A stretch of 50,484 bases of DNA from Opitutaceae bacterium (GTDB lineage: Bacteria > Verrucomicrobiota > Verrucomicrobiia > Opitutales > Opitutaceae), in NCBI GenBank assembly GCA_016794725.1, contig JAEUGZ010000564.1, positions 1-50,484 of the forward strand, in the 5' to 3' direction. The notes beneath the pieces were generated by a model. That model was not told the DNA's origin. It did no database searches and worked only from the letters and a program-made list of their open reading frames with translations. Within the stretch, counting starts at the first letter, position 1, and every line of letters begins with the position of its first letter. The translations under genes and the position numbers were made by a program. Shown one piece after another: positions 47,301 through 50,484 of the stretch.

Positions 47301-47530
47301 CGGACCTGGATGTCGTCCAGGGTCAAAACCGTGACAGGCAGCGCCTTCTCCTGGTCGAGTCGCCGCACATTCGAGCCAGTGACGGTGAACGCGTCCAACT
47401 TGATCGTTTCCGACTGCAGTTCCTTTTCAGGCTCGGGAGCGGGGGGGGTGGCTTGGGCGAAACCGTCGACGGCGAACGCGCCGACGGCGGTCGTGACAGT
47501 GAGGACTCGAATCCAAGGGTGTTGGGTCAT
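44357..47530 (-). CDS. TonB-dependent outer-membrane receptor
   Basis: Signal peptide MTQHPWIRVLTVTTAVGAFAVDGFAQA, TonB-box-like IKLDAFTVTGS, plug VSLRGIPSSNTLILLNGRR and VEVLRDGASSIYGTDAVAGVINYITK, then a long beta-barrel. Confidence 0.88.
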   Translation of the reverse strand: MTQHPWIRVLTVTTAVGAFAVDGFAQATPPAPEPEKELQSETIKLDAFTVTGSNVRRLDQEKALPVTVLTLDDIQVRDASQAADFLSGLPQVTGLPGNETATLGATARGDNSTVSLRGIPSSNTLILLNGRRLVGHAISQSEAGVPTLATNVNQLPNQGLERVEVLRDGASSIYGTDAVAGVINYITKRDFVGTEVSLRYAQTEIGDGKEWRGTLTHGRNFAGGKGRLGIILDVYNREAILARNRGFMAEADHSSQAPEPWNVSTNTTFNLRSATSEFGNYQVGTVNSAGVFTAARPTGVPASLVATSGTFFLAPTATGVGFLTATPSRSGVTSTYYWNNNAYRVLQPESNRFNAMLTGEFDLSDRLTAFGDLNLYSARSLTYREPDGITQSTDGDIVVPATNPWNPFGTRFWSPTGAPNADGTARLTGTPAAVRISNKRLTDLPDRTATVDTDVFRVVGGVRGKFLDTWRWESAVLLSEGRVTDRETGPSRKSKLIAAINQSDPALAFNPFTRTFAVQNNTLVVTGPYVNPESVQQTFRSVFVREGITKLSSVDFRAAGDVVGIWGGNSLGAAFGGEYRFEAYDDFRPPFAGLNPPGSGLDPTSNDFLGFSPNSDTHGKRHVTAFYLETVLPLVGGKFTLPLVHSLELAASARFEDFTDFGNTTKPKVGATWRPAPWILVRASYNEGFNAPNLAQLFTGTLIRTVTGSTDSYRSAVTGLPTDGPSNRRSIASGNLTLKPEESVGKSAGVVVEVPKVKGLSLGVDYWEIRQTDVIASGGGIADDTAALQAATAAALAAGQSIGSIDLGSGTAAYKGDSSVVRLPVNQTDRDFFAAYNATRTPGNQRATVGAIDYIRTTYFNRAQQFVNGFDFDANYRLPKSSLGNFVLATTWTYLNDFHTYNAAGASRTDLRWTNSAAVGGASPKWRGTASVTWRRKEWGAGFSAYYTGDYSDSGATTTAATYESLGSPSYIAPVFTGGSAVYRYIVSDSISYNANISYRFPAKREGWLGGTTIRLGVINLFDKIPPLSSDSRGYDPSVYNQMARGRSWSLQITKRL

Positions 47531-47701
47531 GTTGATACGGGGTCGAGGAACGGGAACAGCAGCGAACCTCCGGAAGGTCAACCGGAAGCTTGGGTTCGAC
47601 TACAGTAGTACAAGCCATTACCAGCGTCATTGGGTAGTTCTACGCCATCTCATCGCCACAGCCTTGCCGTGCAGCGGAATCTCCCTCTCGTAAACCTTGC
47701 C

Positions 47702-48361
47702 ATGCCCCCGGCTGCCACCCCGACTTCCTTGCTCCGCTTCGTGCTGGTCGACGACACCACCACGTACCGGGGACTGGTCAAGGATGCCATTCAGGCGCGG
47801 TTTCAGCCCAAGGAGCTGTGGGACTTCACCGACGGCCGCAAAGCGTTGGCGCACTGCCTGGAACAACCACCCGATCTGCTGATCGTTGATCTTTACCTGC
47901 GGGGAATCGACGGCCGCGACATTGTCGCCGAATTGCGCCGCCGGCAGTTGAAAACGCGAGTCGTGGTGCTTACGGCCCACCCGGAAGCCCAGCTCCCCGC
48001 CGAACTGATCGCCCTGGGTGTGGCCGGGTTTGTCGACAAGAACTCGCCCCTTGAGCAGATCGAGCGGGCCGTGCAATGTGTGCTGGAGGGTGGCATGTTC
48101 TTCTCGGCCACGGTGCCTCCCCCGGTTCCCTCGTTGTCGGCCGAACCGGCGTTGCCGCGTCTCGGTTCGGACGCCCTTTCGCAACGGGAGCAGGAAGTGG
48201 TGCGGTTGGTGGCCCGGGGCCTGGTTTCGAAAGAAATCGGCGACCGACTCAACCTGAGCACACGCACCGTCGAGAAACACCGGGCCCGGATCTTCGCAAG
48301 GCTGGGAGTGCACGACGTTCCCACCCTGGTCCGCTGGTGCCTGCGCAACGGCCTGGGTTGA
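47702..48361 (+). CDS. LuxR/NarL-family response regulator
   Basis: The REC domain has FVLVDD, LLIVDLYL, VVVLTAH and VDK. The C-terminal HTH is LSQREQEVVRLVARGLVSKEIGDRLNLSTRTVEKHRARIF. Confidence 0.85.
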   Translation: MPPAATPTSLLRFVLVDDTTTYRGLVKDAIQARFQPKELWDFTDGRKALAHCLEQPPDLLIVDLYLRGIDGRDIVAELRRRQLKTRVVVLTAHPEAQLPAELIALGVAGFVDKNSPLEQIERAVQCVLEGGMFFSATVPPPVPSLSAEPALPRLGSDALSQREQEVVRLVARGLVSKEIGDRLNLSTRTVEKHRARIFARLGVHDVPTLVRWCLRNGLG

Positions 48362-48363
48362 AG

Positions 48364-50328
48364 CTACACGGCCGCGGTCGCAAGCATGACCCGGAAGACG
48401 GCTCCCCGTCCCGGCTGTGACTCCACCTCCAGGCGCCCCCCCTGCATCGCGAGCAGTTCGCGGGTAATGACCAGACCCAACCCGGTCGAGTCACCTTCAC
48501 CCGCTTTCGTTCGCGGGCCAAAACCCACGCCAGGCGAAAAAATCCGGGCAAATTCAACCGGCCCCAGACCGGGGCCGTTGTCACGGACTTCCGCATACAC
48601 CCACGGCGCCGATTCGCCAAAAGTGATGGAAATCTCGCCGCCCGCCTGGGTGAACTTGAGGGCATTGCCAATCAGATTGTCAAAGACCTGCCGAAGTCGC
48701 TCCGCGTCGGCCCGCACAAGGGGAAGCCGGGCGGCCGGGGCTATGATCTGGAGACGTTGCTCCTTTTGCACCGCCACGGGTTCCAGGCTTGCGACGGCGA
48801 GGCGGGCCGTTTCGACCAGATCCGTGGCTGCGGGCTGCACGAGCAGGTTGCCCTCCTCAATCGCGGAGGCATCGAGGAAATCGCGCACGAGGGCCCGCAT
48901 CCGGGCGGCGTCGGCCTGAATTCCGGTCGCGTGGCGGCGCACCGCCTCTGGATCGCCGGGTGACCGCGCCATCAGTCCCGCCGTGGCATGGAGTGCGGTC
49001 AATGGAACCTTGAGATCGTGCGAAGCGATTTGCAGCAGGTGGGATTTCAAACGTTCCGCACTCTCGGCGCGCTTTCGGGCGTGCTCGGTCGCGACGTGGA
49101 GGCGACGAGCGCTGCGCAACCGCACAATTTGGACGCCAATGATGGCTCCCAGAAACGCAACTCCGCCGATCAATCCGGCGGCGAGAGCAATGTTCCGGGA
49201 CCGTTGGTCTGACAATTCGGCCTTTTGCAGTTCCTGACTGCGACGCAGCAGGGCGATCTCCAGTTCACGCTGCTCCTCGCCATAACGGGCGCGCAACTCG
49301 GCCATGCGCCGTCGATCCTCCACCCCGCGGGCGCGTTCGCTGGCAGCGGCGTGCCGCCGCTGGGCCGAAAGCGCCTCGGCAAACTCGCCGCGGGCTTCAT
49401 GCGTCAGGGACAGTTCCAGCCAGATCTCCGCCATGACCTCGCTGCTTTCGAGGGTACCCGCCACCTTCAGCGCCGCGTTCAGGCTCGCGAGCGCCTCGGT
49501 GGTCCGACCGGCGCCGCGGAGCACCGCCGCAATCCGGCGGTGGGTGGTCGCGATCGACCGCCGGTACTTCAGGGTCTCAAAGGTGGTCAACGCCCGTTGC
49601 AAGTAATTCAGCGCGCGACCCGAGTCGCCCGCACCGTCCGCCGCCAGCCCCAGATTGGTCAGCGTCTCGGCAATGGCGCGGGAGTTGCCATAGGTTTCGC
49701 GCAGCCGCAGCGCTTCGGTCAAGAGCTCGGTCGCCTGCACCGGCTCGCCCCGATCGAGGTGATAGACGCCGAGGCTGTTCAGCAGACTGCTGCGGATACG
49801 GTCGTCGGGCGCCCGCGCGGCCACCTCAAGTCCGCGCTTGAAGTGGTCGAGTGCGTCGTCCGGACGACCAAATCGCTGATACGTCAGTCCAAGTCCCCCG
49901 TGGGTGCGTGCGAGGAGGAACGGATCATTCATCGCCTGGGTCAGGCGCAGCTCCTCCAAGTGCGTTTCCAGGGCCCGCGGATAGTCGGTCAAATTCCAGT
50001 AGAGGCGTCCCCGTAGGTAGAGAAACTCCACTTCCAGTGCCCGATCACCGAGGAGCCGGGCGCGTTCGAGTCCATCGCGCGCCCGGGCAAGACCCTCAGC
50101 GAAGTCGCCCCGACGACGGTGCAGGTTGACCACGGTGGCCAACGCCCGCAGTGCATCGGGTTCCGACTTGGCGGCGGCCAGCGTCGCCTGGGCCGTCGCC
50201 AGGGAATCATCACCGTCGGGAGGATCCGTCTCACCCAGCGATGACGATGGCCCGGCACGTTCCACCACCGGCTCCGCCGACCAAACAACCGCGGGCCAAA
50301 GCACAAGGAAGAGGAACCGACCCATCAT
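48364..50328 (-). CDS. Sensor histidine kinase with an extracytoplasmic TPR domain
   Basis: Signal/TM MMGRFLFLVLWPAVVWSA, about 330 aa of TPR repeats, a coiled coil, TM IALAAGLIGGVAFLGAIIGVQIV, H-box IASHDLKVPLTAL, N-box NLIGNALKF, DNGPGL and GLGLVI. Confidence 0.85.
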   Translation of the reverse strand: MMGRFLFLVLWPAVVWSAEPVVERAGPSSSLGETDPPDGDDSLATAQATLAAAKSEPDALRALATVVNLHRRRGDFAEGLARARDGLERARLLGDRALEVEFLYLRGRLYWNLTDYPRALETHLEELRLTQAMNDPFLLARTHGGLGLTYQRFGRPDDALDHFKRGLEVAARAPDDRIRSSLLNSLGVYHLDRGEPVQATELLTEALRLRETYGNSRAIAETLTNLGLAADGAGDSGRALNYLQRALTTFETLKYRRSIATTHRRIAAVLRGAGRTTEALASLNAALKVAGTLESSEVMAEIWLELSLTHEARGEFAEALSAQRRHAAASERARGVEDRRRMAELRARYGEEQRELEIALLRRSQELQKAELSDQRSRNIALAAGLIGGVAFLGAIIGVQIVRLRSARRLHVATEHARKRAESAERLKSHLLQIASHDLKVPLTALHATAGLMARSPGDPEAVRRHATGIQADAARMRALVRDFLDASAIEEGNLLVQPAATDLVETARLAVASLEPVAVQKEQRLQIIAPAARLPLVRADAERLRQVFDNLIGNALKFTQAGGEISITFGESAPWVYAEVRDNGPGLGPVEFARIFSPGVGFGPRTKAGEGDSTGLGLVITRELLAMQGGRLEVESQPGRGAVFRVMLATAAV

Positions 50329-50484
50329 GGCGCACAGATTGCCCACCGCCGCACTGAACGCAATGCAGTAGCAAGAGTATTCTTGATCCCACGGTACTTC
50401 GTAAGCCCCGCGACGTTGTAGCGGAAGGCTGAAAGCCTTTCGTTCCGACTCCCCCCGCAACACCTACTCGCCCCATCCAAGAAA

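Overview
High-GC bacterial chromosomal segment. The gene content (TAT-exported Gfo/Idh/MocA oxidoreductases, secreted xylose-isomerase-like TIM barrels, TonB-dependent receptors without SusD partners, a CACGGAT-type repeat) suggests Verrucomicrobiota/Opitutales-like; this is inference only. I call about 40 CDS and find no rRNA, tRNA, CRISPR array, transposase, integrase or recognisable defence system. Housekeeping genes: proA (3' part), gpmI, hemH, ruvC, recF, a NifS-like cysteine desulfurase, gmhA, a TrmH-family methyltransferase and monomeric icd. Four accessory blocks stand out. (1) 12.7-19.8 kb: an operon of a FhuA-like TonB-dependent receptor plus three tandem, diverged paralogs of a secreted GHSxG Ser-hydrolase that I cannot place in a named family. 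This is my best candidate for an undescribed system. (2) 20.2-27.2 kb: an RND adaptor and pump fused into one tightly packed operon with a TAT-exported two-subunit molybdenum hydroxylase (IorAB-like). It encodes no outer-membrane factor and no cytochrome subunit. (3) 40.6-47.5 kb: a TonB-dependent receptor, two secreted TIM-barrel proteins and a TAT Gfo/Idh/MocA oxidoreductase, flanked by an AraC/GyrI regulator and a convergent LuxR-RR/TPR-kinase pair. (4) A PAS hybrid histidine kinase whose phospho-acceptor His is replaced by Ala. Smaller items are an iteron-like inverted repeat after icd, a structured 460-bp spacer with two terminators, Lys-rich micro-ORFs around an AlkD-like gene, and a Cys-rich insert in HemH. 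All family assignments come from motif recognition by eye. No searches were run.
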